Source of the DNA: Mobula hypostoma
Taxonomy: Eukaryota
DNA: 64,000 nucleotides
NCBI RefSeq assembly: GCF_963921235.1
Contig: NC_086107.1
Location: forward strand, 39,618,001-39,682,000
Direction of reading: 5' to 3'
Each line of letters opens with the position of its first letter. Within the stretch, counting starts at the first letter, position 1. The translations under genes and the position numbers were made by a program. Of this stretch, positions 61,810-64,000 are shown piece by piece. A model generated the notes under the pieces. That model was not told the origin of the DNA and did no database searches. It was given only the letters and a program-made list of their open reading frames with translations.

Positions 61810-63370
61810 AATACTTTTCCAATCATCTGCACATGTCCTTGTCCGTGCTATGCTAAAAGTTGGTGATTTACAATAACTATCTGAAATGCTTGCCCACAAT
61901 AAGGTCTGTCACCTGACCAGGTTCATTGCCTAGTACTAGATCCAATATGGCCTCCCCTCTAGTTGGCCTGCCACATACTGTGTCAGGAATCCTTCCTGGA
62001 CAAACCCAATAAATTCTACCCCATATATGGAGATGCCAGTCAATATTGGGGAAATTGAACTCCCCCAAGATAATAATCTTGTTATTTTGCACCTTTCTAA
62101 AATCTGCCAACTTACCTGCTGCTCAGTGTCCCAGTGGCAATTGTTGGGGAGGTGGGGAATGGTATAGAAAACTCGCAGCAGAGTGATTGCTTCCTACCTA
62201 CACTGACCCAGTATACACTCCCTCCATGACATCTTCCCTTTTTCAGCTCCGATACTGTGCCTGATTAGCAATGCAGCACCCCCCCATCTCTTTTTTACCT
62301 CCCTTTCAAACATACAGATCTCAGAACAAGTCTCTGTAAATGGCCACAACATTATAGTTTCAAGTACTGATCCATACTCCAGGCTCATCAGCCATGTCTC
62401 TGATACTTATTGCATTAAGGTAAACACATTTCAACCCATCCAACTGAAAGTATTTATGCCCTATCCACTACCTATCCTTCCTCATGGTTTCTCTACACAT
62501 TATATCTATCTTTACACTAACGTCTCTATCATTCGACCTATCACTCTGATTTCCATCCCACTACCAACCTAATTTAAACTCTTCCCAAATGCTCTAGCAA
62601 ACCTACCTGCAAGGATATTGGTCCCTCTGGAGTCTGGGTGTAACCTATTCCTTTTATACAGGTCTTATCTCTCCCAGAAGAGATCCCAGTAATCCAGTAA
62701 TCTGAAACACTGTCCCCTGCACCAATTCCCCAGCCACTCACTCATCTGCCAAATTATCCTATTCTTATCCTCACTGGCACGTGCCTCAGAGAGCAATCCA
62801 GAGATTACTCCCTGAAGGTCTTGCCTTTTAGCTTCCTTCCTAGTTCCCTTTATTTGCTCTTCAGGACCTTATTGCTTTTCCTAGACATGTTGTGGGTACC
62901 AATTTGTACCATGAATTCTGGCTACTATCCCTCCCCCTTGGGAATACTATGGACTCGATCTGAGATGCCCATGACCCTAGTAGCTGGTAAGCAACTTAGA
63001 TACTTACACCTAACTATTGAATCTCCCATCACCACCACCTTCTCTCGCCCCCTCCCTTTTGAGCCTAGAGCCAGACTCAGTGTCAGAGAGCTGATTGCTG
63101 TGGTTTTACCCTCGTTATGTTGTCCCCAGAGCAGTATTCAAAGTGGTTACTTGTTATTAAAGGATATGGCCCCGGGGTGCTGTGCACTATCTGTCTATCC
63201 CCACTCCCTCTCCTGAAAGTCGCCTAGCTACCTTCCTCCTGCAGCTTAGATGTGATGGCCTCCCTGCAGGTCCTATCGAACAACTCCTTATTCTCCTGAA
63301 TAATCCATAGGTCATCGAGCCCCTAATGCAGAGTGTAAGGAGCTGCAGACTGATGTACCTCTTGCAGGGT
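61810..63370 (-). mobile_element. Decayed CR1 LINE (EN and ORF1 part)
   Basis: 'IILGEFNFPNIDW…PTRGEAILDLVLGNEPGQV', 'RWGGAALLIR'. Confidence 0.8.
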
Positions 63371-63669
63371 TTGTCAATAAGTAAATAAATAAATTCATCT
63401 GACATTAATTAAAACATTTATATTTTGTACTCCAAGTGTAGATAGGAACACATAGACACACAAGAAACTTATTGATAGCAATTCTCTTTTGATCTGCCAG
63501 CAAAATGATAAAGATATTTTGACCCTGTCTCTGTACAGCTAGATTGTATGAAACAGATACTCAATTGATTTGGCATAACATTATCCAGCCATACGTTTTT
63601 ATCTGGCTGGTGAACAACTCTGTGTGTGTGTGTGTTTAAAAAAACCCCTTCTCATTCTTCATGTTTTAG

Positions 63670-63747
63670 GAAGCGAGAAGAAAACGAGTGGAGCAACACA
63701 ATAAAATGGTGGCAGAAAAGTTCAGCGAAGCAGAAAAGCTGACCTAA
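63670..63747 (+). CDS. C11orf16: C11orf16-like gene, exon 10 (to first stop)
   Basis: Acceptor TTCATGTTTTAG|, phase 0; 'EARRKRVEQHNKMVAEKFSEAEKLT*', with TAA at 63745-63747. Confidence 0.72.
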   Translation, partial: EARRKRVEQHNKMVAEKFSEAEKLT

Positions 63748-63880
63748 GAACAAGAGACATTCCAAAAAAATGCATCAAAGGAGGCAGGTTTCACCATTTT
63801 AGAAGGAAATTAAGCAGGTTCAATCTATGCATTTGGCAGCTTTGTAAATTTAGCTTACATTTAGTGAGTGTGTATATCTA

Positions 63881-64000
63881 TAGTGCCTGTAAAAAATAAT
63901 TCACCCCCCTTGGAAGTTTTCATGTTTTGTTGTTTTACATTGAATCACAGTGGATTTAATTTGTTTTTTTGACACTGATCAACAGAAAAAGGCTCTTTTG
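63881..64000. mobile_element. Left end of a Tc1-like DNA transposon
   Basis: TA followed by (T)AGTGCCTGTAAAAAATAATTCACCCCCTTGG, a fish Tc1-type TIR. It runs off the window. Confidence 0.7.

Overview
Vertebrate nuclear DNA, most likely a cartilaginous fish (inferred from the CR1/Penelope/Rex1/V-SINE repeat content), and more than half transposon-derived. There are two host genes on the + strand. The first is a single-coding-exon achaete-scute bHLH gene (9674-10297; probably ASCL3). The second is a 10-exon gene I reconstructed from GT-AG sites with fully consistent phases (21660-63747, 831 aa): N-terminal VWA domain + C11orf16-type DUF4537 region + C-terminal coiled coil, i.e. a longer C11orf16 orthologue. 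Its 18.7-kb intron 8 holds a nest of transposons. A PNMA-type Gypsy carries a Rex1 LINE, a Penelope fragment and an Academ DNA transposon, and the Academ carries a SCAN-gag (Gmr1-type) Gypsy. The most unusual signal is a set of Penelope-like elements with minimal hammerhead-ribozyme motifs, including two TSD-flanked fold-back mini-elements whose inversion point maps to the ribozyme cleavage site. Other notable items are solo LTRs with an expanding hexamer array, a tRNA-Arg SINE with swapped tails, a short telomeric insertion, and extended tRNA-Pro complementarity in one Gypsy. All family calls are by motif recognition, not database search. TE boundaries without TSDs are approximate.
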